From Nitrospirota bacterium (GTDB taxonomy: Bacteria > Nitrospirota > Nitrospiria > SBBL01 > JAADHI01), in NCBI GenBank assembly GCA_029261165.1, contig JAJDBV010000001.1:62569-126568 (forward strand): a stretch of 64,000 nt of DNA, written 5' to 3'. This document shows, piece after piece, positions 48,025 through 57,250 of the stretch. The position numbers were made by a program, and so were the translations under genes. Every line of letters starts with the position of its first letter. Position 1 is the first letter of the stretch. Under the pieces are notes generated by a model that had not been told where the DNA came from, did no database searches, and saw only the letters and a list, made by a program, of their open reading frames with translations.

Positions 48025-48866
48025 CTTTCCGCCTCCAGTGTGATTTTTTCCCGTATCAGCATTGATCCAATGCTCATGAACATAACCAGAGCGACCAATA
48101 CGAGCGCCGCACCCCAGGCATTGGTTAACGCCCGGGGGTTTATTGCCTCCTGGGCCAGAATTAAGATATGGGTCTGTAATGTTGTCACCGGTTCACGAAA
48201 TGAGGACGGGAGAAGAACACCGGAAAAGGTGGTGGCGGTAAACATGATCGCCGCTGTTTCTCCTGCCGCCCTGGCCAATCCCAGCAACAGCCCCGTTACC
48301 ACACCATGGAGAGACTGGGGTATTATGACGGCACGGACTAATCTTTCCTGTGTTAACCCCAGCGCCAACCCCGCTTCCAGATACTTAACCGGGATACTTT
48401 CTATTGCTTCCTTGATACTCACAATCACTGTGGGTAGAACCATGATGGCCAGGATAAAAGAGCCTGTAAGCCATGAGACTCCCAGTTTAAGAAAGACCCC
48501 GAAGAACATATATCCGAAGAGGCCGAATATAATAGTCGGTACAGCGTTTAAGGCATATACCAATAAATCTGCTGTTCCCCGCAGGGATGGACTTAAATAT
48601 TCTGTCTGGTATACTGCGGAGCCCAGGGCGATGGGAAGGGCCAAAACCCCTGCCGCACCTATCAGAATGAGTGTTCCCATGGTCTGATAAAAAATGCCCC
48701 CATTTTTACCGAATTCTCTTGATTCCGCAGTAAGAAACTCCAAATTGATTGCAGGCAGGCCACGGACAAAAATAGCGCTCAATATGATGAATAACAGGGA
48801 AATGGCCGTAACCGTTGTGGTGGTGCAGGCCGAGAAAAATATTACCTCTTTCAGGTCCCTTCTCAT
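48021..48866 (-). CDS. pstA: Second PstA-type permease
   Basis: 281 aa, six TM helices, EAA-loop IPVKYLEAGLALGLTQ. 4-nt overlaps with both neighbours. Confidence 0.85.
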   Translation of the reverse strand: MRRDLKEVIFFSACTTTTVTAISLLFIILSAIFVRGLPAINLEFLTAESREFGKNGGIFYQTMGTLILIGAAGVLALPIALGSAVYQTEYLSPSLRGTADLLVYALNAVPTIIFGLFGYMFFGVFLKLGVSWLTGSFILAIMVLPTVIVSIKEAIESIPVKYLEAGLALGLTQERLVRAVIIPQSLHGVVTGLLLGLARAAGETAAIMFTATTFSGVLLPSSFREPVTTLQTHILILAQEAINPRALTNAWGAALVLVALVMFMSIGSMLIREKITLEAER

Positions 48867-49765
48867 CTCTTTTTTTGTTTCATCTTATTATTGATTCCCC
48901 GGCCGGCCAGGGGGCCGACAATACTGTTTCCGATAAAGGTAATTCCCATCACCGTAAGAAAGAGAATTAAGCCTAATCCAGCCAGGGCATTCCAGTGATA
49001 CCCAACTCCCAAGGCCTCCGCCCCTTCTCTGCCCAGTTTTGAGGTAATGGTCTGACCGGTGGTAAAGATGTTATAAAAGGGCCGGGGTATTCTATCAAGA
49101 CTCCCGATGACCAGCATAACTGAAATTGTCTCACCCATTGCGCGGCCGATCCCGAGAAGAACCGCTCCTGCAATCCCTTTTATCGCGCCAGGCAGTACCG
49201 CATAAAGAATGGTCTCTGATCTCTTCAGGCCGAGAGCGAGGGCCTGGTCTCTATACTCTTTAGGTACAGACCTCAGGGCATCCTCGGAGAGCGTCATTAC
49301 GGTGGGTAAAATCATGATACTCAGGAGGATCCCTGCCGTAAAAAAAGAATTTCCATCAATCAGGTTGAACGTGTTCTTTACCGCAGTTGTTAAAAGGGAA
49401 ATGCCAAGAAGCCCATAAACGACACCGGGAATACCGGCTAGAAGTTCCATCATCATTTTAATGACAAGACGGACGCGTCCCGAAAGCACTTCCGAAGTTA
49501 TAATGGCGCTCCCCAGAGCCAGGGGAAGGGCAAAAGATACTGCGATAAAGGTGACGACACCTGTTCCGTAAATCATAGGGAGGGCTCCATAGACCTCGCC
49601 CGGATACCATTCACTGCCGGATAGGAATCCCAGCCCCTCATGTTGAAATATGGGGAAGCTCTCCATGATGAGAAAAATAAAGATGATTCCTGTGACGCTA
49701 ATCGAGATAAAAAAAGAGGAGGCGAAAAAGGCCCTGCCGGGACGCCACCTACTTAATGCCCACAT
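48863..49765 (-). CDS. pstC: Second PstC-type permease
   Basis: 300 aa, six TM helices, EAA-loop VPKEYRDQALALGLKRSETI. Confidence 0.85.
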   Translation of the reverse strand: MWALSRWRPGRAFFASSFFISISVTGIIFIFLIMESFPIFQHEGLGFLSGSEWYPGEVYGALPMIYGTGVVTFIAVSFALPLALGSAIITSEVLSGRVRLVIKMMMELLAGIPGVVYGLLGISLLTTAVKNTFNLIDGNSFFTAGILLSIMILPTVMTLSEDALRSVPKEYRDQALALGLKRSETILYAVLPGAIKGIAGAVLLGIGRAMGETISVMLVIGSLDRIPRPFYNIFTTGQTITSKLGREGAEALGVGYHWNALAGLGLILFLTVMGITFIGNSIVGPLAGRGINNKMKQKKR

Positions 49766-50600
49766 AACCGGATGCCTCCACTATCTTTTGTCCTTCAAGG
49801 CTTAAGATATACTGGATAAATTCCTTTGCAAAACCGGCAGGTTCACCGTCGGTGATCAGGGATAAATTCCTCGATATGGGGTAAGAACCGTTTTTTATGT
49901 TTTTGATAGAGGGTTCGATTACTGGTCCGTTGACTTCAATTCCGACCCCTTTTACATCCTTGTTAATCCATGCATGGGAAAGCATCCCGATAGCGGTATC
50001 GCTTAAGGCAATTTTAGTCTGCTCTTCATTATTGGAACCCGAGATCAGGTCCGCTCCCCTGGTCCTGGCATTTTCATCCCCGAAGATATAAGCCATAAAT
50101 ACATGCCGCGTCCCCCTGTGGGCCTCCTTGTCAATAACGAAGATACTTTTATCCGGCCCGCCAACCTTTTTCCAGTTATCAATCTCGCCTGTATAAATTT
50201 TTTGTATCTGTTCCCTGGATAGTTTTTTTACCCCGGCATCATATATCTCAGAGGAGATGACGCAGGCGACGGCATCTCTGCCGATGACATGGACGTTAAA
50301 ATCTATTTTCGGAAAGTTTTTGATCTCTTCATCGGTAATATGGCGTGAGATCATACCGATATCGACCAGGCCGTTTCCCAGGGATTTAGCCCCCACTCCA
50401 GACCCCCCGGGATTAATAGTTATATTGATGCCCGGATGGACCGCCATAAATTTTTCCGCTGCCCTGACTGCCACAGGAAGCACCGTTGTGGAGCCTGCCA
50501 TCTTGATCGTTGCTTTCTCCGCACCGACAGTGGAAAGGGGCAGGAACACAATTTCTGACAGTAGCATCAGGGAACATATAAAACCGATTTTTAATCTCAT
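49749..50600 (-). CDS. pstS: Second PstS-family (PBP-like-2) substrate-binding protein
   Basis: 283 aa, signal peptide, GSTTVLP...GGSGVG motifs of the phosphate-binding protein family. Confidence 0.8.
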   Translation of the reverse strand: MRLKIGFICSLMLLSEIVFLPLSTVGAEKATIKMAGSTTVLPVAVRAAEKFMAVHPGINITINPGGSGVGAKSLGNGLVDIGMISRHITDEEIKNFPKIDFNVHVIGRDAVACVISSEIYDAGVKKLSREQIQKIYTGEIDNWKKVGGPDKSIFVIDKEAHRGTRHVFMAYIFGDENARTRGADLISGSNNEEQTKIALSDTAIGMLSHAWINKDVKGVGIEVNGPVIEPSIKNIKNGSYPISRNLSLITDGEPAGFAKEFIQYILSLEGQKIVEASGYVGIK

Positions 50601-50664
50601 TTTTACTCCTTTACTTATATGGCTATAACCATACTTAGATACATCAGGTCAAAATTAATCCACT

Positions 50665-50979
50665 TTATGGTTCCTTAAAAGTCATCTTGCAGCATCCAAG
50701 GTTAATCGCCATCTCATCGTTCTCCCGCAATGACACAAGAACTACAGGATGAAGACTATAGCAGACCTTCTGGCCTTCACGCGATGAATCCAAGAGATTG
50801 GCATTTTTAAGAATTCCCAGATGATGGGCAATGCGTGGTTGAGTCAGGTTCAGCTCTTTGGCTATTTCCGTGCCGCATTTTTCTCCCTTGAAAAGAGATT
50901 TCAGAATCAAAAGCCGCGTTTCATCCCCCATAGCCCTCAGAATCCGCGCACATTCGTTTGTTGATAAGATATTTTTCAT
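50665..50979 (-). CDS. arsR: ArsR/SmtB-family transcriptional regulator with C-terminal vicinal cysteines
   Basis: 104 aa. wHTH (CGTEIAKELNLTQPRIAHHLGILKNANLL), no ELCVCDL motif, Cys96-Cys97 near the C-terminus. It sits 64 bp upstream of pstS2 on the same strand. Confidence 0.8.
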   Translation of the reverse strand: MKNILSTNECARILRAMGDETRLLILKSLFKGEKCGTEIAKELNLTQPRIAHHLGILKNANLLDSSREGQKVCYSLHPVVLVSLRENDEMAINLGCCKMTFKEP

Positions 50980-51363
50980 AATATTATTCCGGGATTCAAA
51001 TTATAAATGTATACACATAAGCAGATACTTTCTCAAATCCTTAGCATCTTGTCAAGGCTTTTTTGAATATCCCAGCCATGTGCACAACTCCCTTCACGCT
51101 CGGCCTAATTATTATTTTTAGTAGGAATAAAGTAATGTGTGGTGAAAGAATCCGTATGATATTTTCAACCACTTCGGTCTGAGAATTATTGATTTCTCCT
51201 CGCTATCGTCAATTCTCAGGCTTCTGTTTCTTTAGGATTGGACGGCCGCATCAATGAAGCTTTTTCCCTCCTAAAGTGTGATTTCTTACCAATAATTCGA
51301 AGTAGCACCTTTCACCTGGATATCGATAAAACTAAAGCGTTCTCTTTGCTAAAAAACAGGATA

Positions 51364-52191
51364 TTACCGATCCCGTTTCTGCATACTTTTCCGAACGAAC
51401 CTTCCGATAGCCAGGAAAAAGAAGATAAGGCCGAATGCACAGACAATTGAGGCCCCGGTCGGCGTGTCCCAGGCGACTGAAGCGGCAAGGCCGAAGAGGC
51501 TTGCCAGAAGCCCGATCCCCCACCCGATCCACAACCGGGATAGGATCCTATCTGACAGCATTAGGGAGATCAGGGCCGGAACAATCAGGTATGAAAAGAC
51601 GAGCAACACCCCCGCAAGGGCAACCGAACTGGTGACAACAAGGCCGAACGTCATATAGAAAAGGAGGTCCCAACTGCGAACACGATATTGTTTTGAAATT
51701 GCCTGATCCGGTTCAAAGGAGATCATGACAAACGGCTTACGAAAGGCCCAATGAAAGATTCCGACGGTGGTATAAAGCAGCGCCGTCTTGATGACCTCCT
51801 TTGGTGTTACGGTTAAGATATTCCCGACGAGAAGTGATCGAATATGTTCTGCCCCGCCCGGAGCCTGATCCAGAACAATCAGGCTGGCGGCTGCGGACAT
51901 GACATAGATCGTTCCAATAATCGCTTCCTGCGGGATCACCTCCCGGCGTTGGCGCGATAAGGAAAAGAAGACGGCTCCAATAAAGGTCATTCCCAGAGAA
52001 AGATAATACGCCGCCGGATCATGCAGGTCGTGTCCTAAAAGGAGGGCAAGCGTCGATCCTAACGCGGCCATTTGGGCCAATGCCAAATCGACAAAGATGA
52101 CCCCGCGGCGGACCACATGGATTCCAAGATAAGTATGAATCCCGGTCAGGATGAGGCAGGCGATGAAAGGCCAAATAAGTAGAGAAACCAT
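51364..52191 (-). CDS. ABC-3 family metal (Zn/Mn) transporter permease, ZnuB-like
   Basis: 275 aa with 8-9 TM helices. Layout is typical of ZnuB/TroCD/MntB permeases. Sits beside a ZnuA-like gene. Confidence 0.8.
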   Translation of the reverse strand: MVSLLIWPFIACLILTGIHTYLGIHVVRRGVIFVDLALAQMAALGSTLALLLGHDLHDPAAYYLSLGMTFIGAVFFSLSRQRREVIPQEAIIGTIYVMSAAASLIVLDQAPGGAEHIRSLLVGNILTVTPKEVIKTALLYTTVGIFHWAFRKPFVMISFEPDQAISKQYRVRSWDLLFYMTFGLVVTSSVALAGVLLVFSYLIVPALISLMLSDRILSRLWIGWGIGLLASLFGLAASVAWDTPTGASIVCAFGLIFFFLAIGRFVRKSMQKRDR

Positions 52192-52202
52192 TTAACTCCT
52201 TT

Positions 52203-53114
52203 TTATTCCAATGCAGTCGTTAAGGTTGCCACTATATGATCAAAGAGCTGAAAATAATCAGTCATCCCGGTTGCCTTTGAGACAGAGGGTGGAAGAACAA
52301 CAACCTTGGCCCCAGATTTTCTCGCAACGAATTGGGGCGTTTTAGAATTAAAATAAGGCTCAACGATGATGATTTTGACCTTTTCCTCTTTGATCCGTTC
52401 GATCAGTTGTATTAAATGGGACGACGACGGGGGAATCCCCGGCTTCGGTTCCACATAGCCGACTGCCATGAGGCCGAATCGCCGGAGAAAGTAGGGCCAG
52501 CTGTTGTGATAGGTGATCACCTTTTTCTCTTTAAACGGCTTCATCGCCTCGCTCCATCGGGCCATCGCCGCATCGAGTCTTCTGGAAAATTGAATGACGT
52601 TTTGATCGTATTGCTCCTTCCCTTCTGGGTCGATCCGCTTCAGGCCTGCCGCAATATTTCGAGCGATCTGTTTTCCGTTTAACGGGTCGAGCCAGTAGTG
52701 GGGATTTCCTTGTCCATGGACGTCCCCCGCGGAGCGGTCAATCCGTTCCCTGGGAACCTCAAGAAGTGCCACCCCCTCTGAGGCATCGACATGACCATTT
52801 CTCCCCCGTAGAATCTTGACGTTTCGAGCCCCCATTAATAATGAAGGGATCCATTCGGCCTCTAAGCCCAAACCGACCTGTACAAAGAGTTTGGCCCGCG
52901 AGAGTTTCAGCATGTAACTCGGCTTTGCCTCGATGAAGTGGGGATCCTGCACCCCTTTGGCGATAAAATCGACCTGAACCCGATCCCCCCCGATCTCCCT
53001 TGTAATGGCGGCCAGATCTTCCGTCGTCGTGATGACCTTGATCGGAGCGGCGTCAACGGATAGCGGAATTTGCATGGCCACAAGCAAAACACCCCAAACA
53101 AATATCTGTTTCAT
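52203..53114 (-). CDS. Metal ABC transporter substrate-binding protein, ZnuA/TroA-like
   Basis: 303 aa, signal peptide. Cluster A-I SBP pattern (DPHFIEAKPS, NPHYWLDP, HNSWPYF). Confidence 0.8.
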   Translation of the reverse strand: MKQIFVWGVLLVAMQIPLSVDAAPIKVITTTEDLAAITREIGGDRVQVDFIAKGVQDPHFIEAKPSYMLKLSRAKLFVQVGLGLEAEWIPSLLMGARNVKILRGRNGHVDASEGVALLEVPRERIDRSAGDVHGQGNPHYWLDPLNGKQIARNIAAGLKRIDPEGKEQYDQNVIQFSRRLDAAMARWSEAMKPFKEKKVITYHNSWPYFLRRFGLMAVGYVEPKPGIPPSSSHLIQLIERIKEEKVKIIIVEPYFNSKTPQFVARKSGAKVVVLPPSVSKATGMTDYFQLFDHIVATLTTALE

Positions 53115-53123
53115 TTGACCCCC

Positions 53124-54326
53124 TTAAAAAATATGGGCGGCATGCGCGCCGATTAAAAACTCATATTGGACAAAAACCGCATGAATCGGATCTGCTAGGT
53201 CATCCGAGCGATCCAAGTTATACTGAAGGCGGATCTTCGAGAACTCCGAGGGATAAAATGTCAGATTCGGGGAGATGCGCCATCGGTCTCCCGTCCGCGG
53301 ATCGTCCGGCTTGGTCGCATCAGCCTGTCCATATCGGAAACCAGCGACCCATCGCCTTTTAAATCCATAGAGCGACTGGATGTAAAATCCGTCCGTATTG
53401 AACCTCTCTTCAGGAAGCGCAGGAAGCGTGTTTGTTTTACCCGCCTCGTAGGATCGCCGCATGACCTCCCCCTGTAAGGTTACAAAGGGCCAGCCATGGT
53501 CGGTCATAAGCGGTTTCCATTTGACAAAGAGATCGATCCCAAGAATCCGCGTCTCCGTATCGATCCCCGTTCCGTTTGAACCAAAGAGATGAGAGGTTCC
53601 GACAACCCAGGTGACTGTCTCACTCAGATCAAAAGAGGTCTTAAGGCGGCTCATATAAAGAAGATCGTTCCCACTATGGATCTCTTTATCGAGGATCGGT
53701 CTTCCGGCGAAGGTTTCTCCAGAGGTCGAGAGGAAACTTGTGGCCGTTTCCCCCTTGGCGTTTTGTGCACTCCCGATCAGCTCCAGGTAAAAGGGGAGGG
53801 GAAGGAGGGCAGAGATCTGAACCCCGGGATTTCTGATCCCATCCCCCCCGAACATCAATGTATTGATAATGGTCTGGTCGGCGAAGTCCCACGCATGGGG
53901 ATGCAATCGATTCAGACGGCCAAACCGCGTGAAAAACTGACCGGCCATAATCTGGAATCCGTAGGGAAGGCCGAGCGTCGTTAAAAAGGCCTCTTCAACC
54001 TCAACGAACGATTCTCCATCTTCTAACCCGAAGATCAGATGCCCCTCGGCACGGAAAAAGGGATCGACGACGCCAGTGAAGGTCAACTCCAGGTTTTGTA
54101 GGGTAAATCCTCTTTCGTTCGGGTCATGCGCGCCGAACTGAAGATTCTCCGGTTCGGAAAAATATCCGGCCGCAAATAACCCGTCCAGAGAGATATCAGG
54201 ATTGAAACTTTGCGGCCTCTTTGATTGAGACCTGATAAGAGGCCCCTCCTGAGCGAATACAGGTGTAGCAATTCCCAATAGGGCAGATAGCATCAAAACG
54301 AACCAAATCATAATATTCTCCTCCAT
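53124..54326 (-). CDS. Outer-membrane beta-barrel protein of unknown family
   Basis: 400 aa, signal peptide ending VFAQE, alternating beta-strand pattern, C-terminal HIF. First large gene of the Znu-like operon. Confidence 0.55.
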   Translation of the reverse strand: MEENIMIWFVLMLSALLGIATPVFAQEGPLIRSQSKRPQSFNPDISLDGLFAAGYFSEPENLQFGAHDPNERGFTLQNLELTFTGVVDPFFRAEGHLIFGLEDGESFVEVEEAFLTTLGLPYGFQIMAGQFFTRFGRLNRLHPHAWDFADQTIINTLMFGGDGIRNPGVQISALLPLPFYLELIGSAQNAKGETATSFLSTSGETFAGRPILDKEIHSGNDLLYMSRLKTSFDLSETVTWVVGTSHLFGSNGTGIDTETRILGIDLFVKWKPLMTDHGWPFVTLQGEVMRRSYEAGKTNTLPALPEERFNTDGFYIQSLYGFKRRWVAGFRYGQADATKPDDPRTGDRWRISPNLTFYPSEFSKIRLQYNLDRSDDLADPIHAVFVQYEFLIGAHAAHIF

Positions 54327-54453
54327 AATGTTCCCCTTTTCAGGCAGAGTTCTGAAAATAGGTCCATTATAGCCAATGATTGATGCGCATTTTCACGGTT
54401 GATCCGTGCGGTAGGCGCACTAATACACTATTACAAGATTGCGCTTAGGATGG

Positions 54454-54759
54454 TCAGGAGAAGAGAGGAGGTCCCCGGGGGACAATTTGAGAGGTTTGGA
54501 ACTGAAATATAAAGGAGCGTTGATGAATCGGATCTGATGATATAGCAAATAAGAAAACGGCAAGTGTCACCAGAAATGTGAGCGTGACATGGCTATACTG
54601 AACCCAGAAACCGATCGCACATTCATGAGAATCGAGGATTTCATTTTCCGAGTAGGCATGGAAGAGGGCAAAACTGGAAAAGAGGAGGAGATAAATAACC
54701 AAGCCGGTCGCTAAAAGGGAAGGGATCAGGTTTTTTTTAGATAAAGCAACTGGTCGCAT
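54454..54759 (-). CDS. Small membrane protein (2-3 TM helices)
   Basis: 101-aa ORF with hydrophobic helices and His/Cys between them (DSHECAIGFWVQYSH). Lies 128 bp upstream of the barrel gene. Confidence 0.4.
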   Translation of the reverse strand: MRPVALSKKNLIPSLLATGLVIYLLLFSSFALFHAYSENEILDSHECAIGFWVQYSHVTLTFLVTLAVFLFAISSDPIHQRSFIFQFQTSQIVPRGPPLFS

Positions 54760-54796
54760 AATAGTGAAGGCTAACCCAGAAAGGAAAAGGTGTCAA

Positions 54797-54838
54797 GACA
54801 GACTGACAGACAGACAGACAGACAGACTGACTGACTGA
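54797..54838. repeat. Tetranucleotide simple-sequence repeat (GACA/GACT), about 10.5 units
   Basis: GACA GACT GACA x5 GACT x3 GA, read directly. It starts 38 bp upstream of the 54759 start codon. Confidence 0.95.
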
Positions 54839-54909
54839 AATGTGTCCTAATGCTGATCTGAGCGTAGCCACACTCTTTCTCCCCGCAATCAACAATTCTT
54901 CAGCCCACT

Positions 54910-54935
54910 AAACGTGAGGACTTGTCCTCACGTTT
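54910..54935. terminator. 12-bp perfect palindrome (bidirectional terminator-like)
   Basis: AAACGTGAGGAC TT GTCCTCACGTTT. A-run and T-run flanks are built into the stem. Confidence 0.45.
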
Positions 54936-55072
54936 CAAAGGTATGAATTTCGATGATTTGTAGATGTGAGGTCTTAGGCAAAGCATATTCATGGCCTCTT
55001 TAAGCCGTGTACCGACTAGAAAGGCATATAAGTGTGATGGACAGAGGGATGAAAGAGGCCGAGGGGCTTTGC

Positions 55073-55306
55073 TTATATTGGTATCTCTCTTTTTAAGAGA
55101 AAAGCGTGGGCCTTATCATTGCATTGACACTGTACCTGAGCTTTAAAACAAGTATTGGATGCATAAGTATCTATTCTAATTAATAATGGTTCACGGCTTG
55201 GTCCGTGGCATCGGATATGCGATTCAATTTTGCCTTTTATTTTACTTCTTACAGTAGATGAAATTAAACGAGGCCATTCATATTTATCGGTCATGCGTAT
55301 CCTCAT
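55073..55306 (-). CDS. Hypothetical small protein
   Basis: 77-aa ORF in an AT-rich segment, with no recognisable family. Coding status uncertain. Confidence 0.25.
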   Translation of the reverse strand: MRIRMTDKYEWPRLISSTVRSKIKGKIESHIRCHGPSREPLLIRIDTYASNTCFKAQVQCQCNDKAHAFLLKREIPI

Positions 55307-55329
55307 TGAGTTTTCAGAGTTACTTTTAA

Positions 55330-55364
55330 AAAAGGGGGGGGAGTGATGAGGCTCCCCCCCTTTT
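55330..55364. terminator. G/C hairpin flanked by A- and T-runs (bidirectional terminator-like)
   Basis: AAAAGGGGGGGGAG ... CTCCCCCCCTTTT. Confidence 0.5.
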
Positions 55365-55900
55365 AGAAGGAGATGCGCCTAAAAGTTTTCTGGTTAGGCG
55401 TACTTGAAAGGTATCAGATGATTGAGATAAATCAATCCCCTCAAAAGGGGGGTGGGTGGTCTTCTTCCCGTCAGAGATAGATCTTGCTTTCTCCTCTTCC
55501 AGAAATGTTGGTTCTTGATCTATTCCCATCTGTCCAAGATTTATCAAGAACTGAGTTGCGCCTGGATAGGAAAAAACGGTGATACGGTTGGTGGCATAGT
55601 ATCCTGCCTACGAACAGGCCAGGGCGGTAATGAACTTAAGTGTAGAAGGCACCTTACATTGATTTCAGAAGTCTTAGGTTCGCTTGACCTGGAGGTGAAA
55701 CATGCTTCAGACCTTTCGGCTGCGGAACTCTCAGACGTACTCGAATACCGAGCGGATTCATCAAGCGGGGATCCAGAAATCTTCTTGTTATCCCGATAGG
55801 ATATATGCGTACTGTATAGTTTTTGTATAGTAGACAGACAAAAACAGACTGATCCTGACGGGAAGCCTCACTGTTGCAATCCTGCATAACTCAATATAAA

Positions 55901-56125
55901 CTAAGAGAAAAGGAAACAGACTGAAAAAGAAAGCTTCCTTGGGTTTACCTTCTCCTGCTCCTTAGGGGCCAGTGATCGGGGATGACTGATATCCCTCTTT
56001 GATGGTCCCTCTCCTGAGGAATCTATTGCCTGATCCCGGTAAAAACCAGCACGAGAGAGGCCAAGCGCCTTACAGGCAGGTTTGATCCCAATATCACAGG
56101 CAAGAAGCGCCGCGGTTCCCCTCAA
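55901..56125 (-). pseudogene. N-terminal fragment of IS3 OrfB (DDE domain missing)
   Basis: ACKALGLSRAGFYR matches the HTH_21 region of IS3 OrfB. The frame ends after about 74 codons with no integrase core. Confidence 0.6.
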
Positions 56126-56622
56126 TTGCTTTCTCCGCTCTTTTGATCTTCCAGGGGCATCCTCAATATTTGTGAGACTTTTTTTTGAACTTCTATAATC
56201 AGTTCGGCCTGCTTAAGCCGGATTTTCAATCGATCATTTTCCTTCTCAAGTTGTCCGACTTTGAGCCCAAGCGGGTTCTGTGTGCTCTTCTTCCGACCTC
56301 GCTTCTTCGGCCTCAGGGCAGACAAGGTCCCTTCTTCCCGTTGACGACGCCATGTCTTTATATTCGAAGCGTACAGCCCTTCCCTTCGAAGCAGTGCCCC
56401 CAGGCTCCCTGATTCAGTACAGGCATCGGCCATCTTTAGTAAACGTAACTTCTCCCTGGCCGAAAATTTACGCCGGTTCGGCTTCTCTGAAACCTCCGGA
56501 TCACTGGCCTCTACGGGGAGAGACATCCCCGGCTGTTTCGCCGGGGGAAAAGATGGAATTCCAGTCGCCCTACGGGCTCCTTCTTTTCCATCTTTTTTGA
56601 TTGTTTCCACTTCCATCATCAC
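56122..56622 (-). CDS. IS3-family transposase OrfA (HTH + leucine zipper)
   Basis: 166 aa. RRKFSAREKLRLL...EGLYASNIKTWRRQ HTH region, with a C-terminal LEKENDRLKIRLKQAELIIEVQKK zipper. Confidence 0.75.
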   Translation of the reverse strand: MMMEVETIKKDGKEGARRATGIPSFPPAKQPGMSLPVEASDPEVSEKPNRRKFSAREKLRLLKMADACTESGSLGALLRREGLYASNIKTWRRQREEGTLSALRPKKRGRKKSTQNPLGLKVGQLEKENDRLKIRLKQAELIIEVQKKVSQILRMPLEDQKSGESN

Positions 56623-56668
56623 TTATTCCTCCTTACCCTCTACTCTAATTTATTGGTCACAGCACGCT

Positions 56669-57230
56669 AGTCAAAACTATGCACTTTAGTGCAAGGCTTT
56701 AGCATGTAGAGACTTGTGCTAATCTAGAAAGCATGGGAGAACAGAGACGAAGTGGTCATACGGTCACACGCTTTACAGCACATTTGGTGTGGGTGACAAA
56801 ATACAGATATCCAGTATTGAAGGGCGATGTTCAAAAACGTTGTCGAGAGTTGATCATTCAGATATGTGATTCGGAGGATGTACAGATATTAAAAGGAGTT
56901 GTTAGCAAAGATCACGTACATATTCACATAGAGTACCCATCAAAGTTATCGATCAGTGAGTTGGTTAAACGTCTGAAGGGGCGAACCTCTCGAATTCTTC
57001 AGCAAGAATTTCCGCAGTTAAGGAAACGGTATTGGGGTCGGCACTTTTGGGCGATAGGCTACGGAGGTTGGTCGACCGGTAATATTACGGATGAAATGGT
57101 TCAGCAATATTTGGAGCATCATCGAGACCCATCGAATGAGGATAATGACAACATAATTCTTGAATAACAGATTTTGGACTTTCAGTCCTGTCGCAACCTA
57201 TGCACTTTCAGTGCATAGTGGTTGAGTAGG
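56669..57230 (+). mobile_element. IS200/IS605-family element (tnpA only)
   Basis: tnpA is flanked by subterminal hairpins: TGCAC-TTTA-GTGCA at 56680-56693, and CAACCTATGCACT-TTC-AGTGCATAGTGGTTG at 57194-57224. Confidence 0.75.
56733..57167 (+). CDS. tnpA: IS200-type Y1 (HUH) transposase TnpA
   Basis: 144 aa. HLVWVTKYRYPVL, HUH motif DHVHIHI, and a C-terminal Tyr region (MVQQYLEHH). Confidence 0.85.
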   Translation: MGEQRRSGHTVTRFTAHLVWVTKYRYPVLKGDVQKRCRELIIQICDSEDVQILKGVVSKDHVHIHIEYPSKLSISELVKRLKGRTSRILQQEFPQLRKRYWGRHFWAIGYGGWSTGNITDEMVQQYLEHHRDPSNEDNDNIILE

Positions 57231-57250
57231 GGGTAAGTGTCTCACTTATA

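Larger units (their letters stand above)
55901..56668 (-). mobile_element. Truncated IS3-family insertion sequence
   Basis: Intact orfA, an A8 slippery run (T-run 56179-56186 on the plus strand) at the expected -1 frameshift site, and only about 70 codons of orfB remaining. A TGACCAATAAATT-type end lies near 56668. Confidence 0.65.

Noticed and set aside
50980-51120. ArsR operator palindrome (AATGTATACACAT region) upstream of arsR
   Set aside because: It is only an imperfect short dyad in AT-rich sequence and cannot be distinguished from chance by eye.
54797-54838. Possible CRISPR array or other spaced-repeat locus
   Set aside because: It is a contiguous 4-nt microsatellite with no spacers. 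No repeat-spacer architecture or cas genes occur anywhere in the window.
55550-55900. Possible group II intron 3' fragment or structured ncRNA next to the truncated IS3
   Set aside because: I could not find a domain V-like consensus hairpin or a reverse-transcriptase ORF. It is more likely degraded IS or junction sequence. It needs an Rfam scan to settle.
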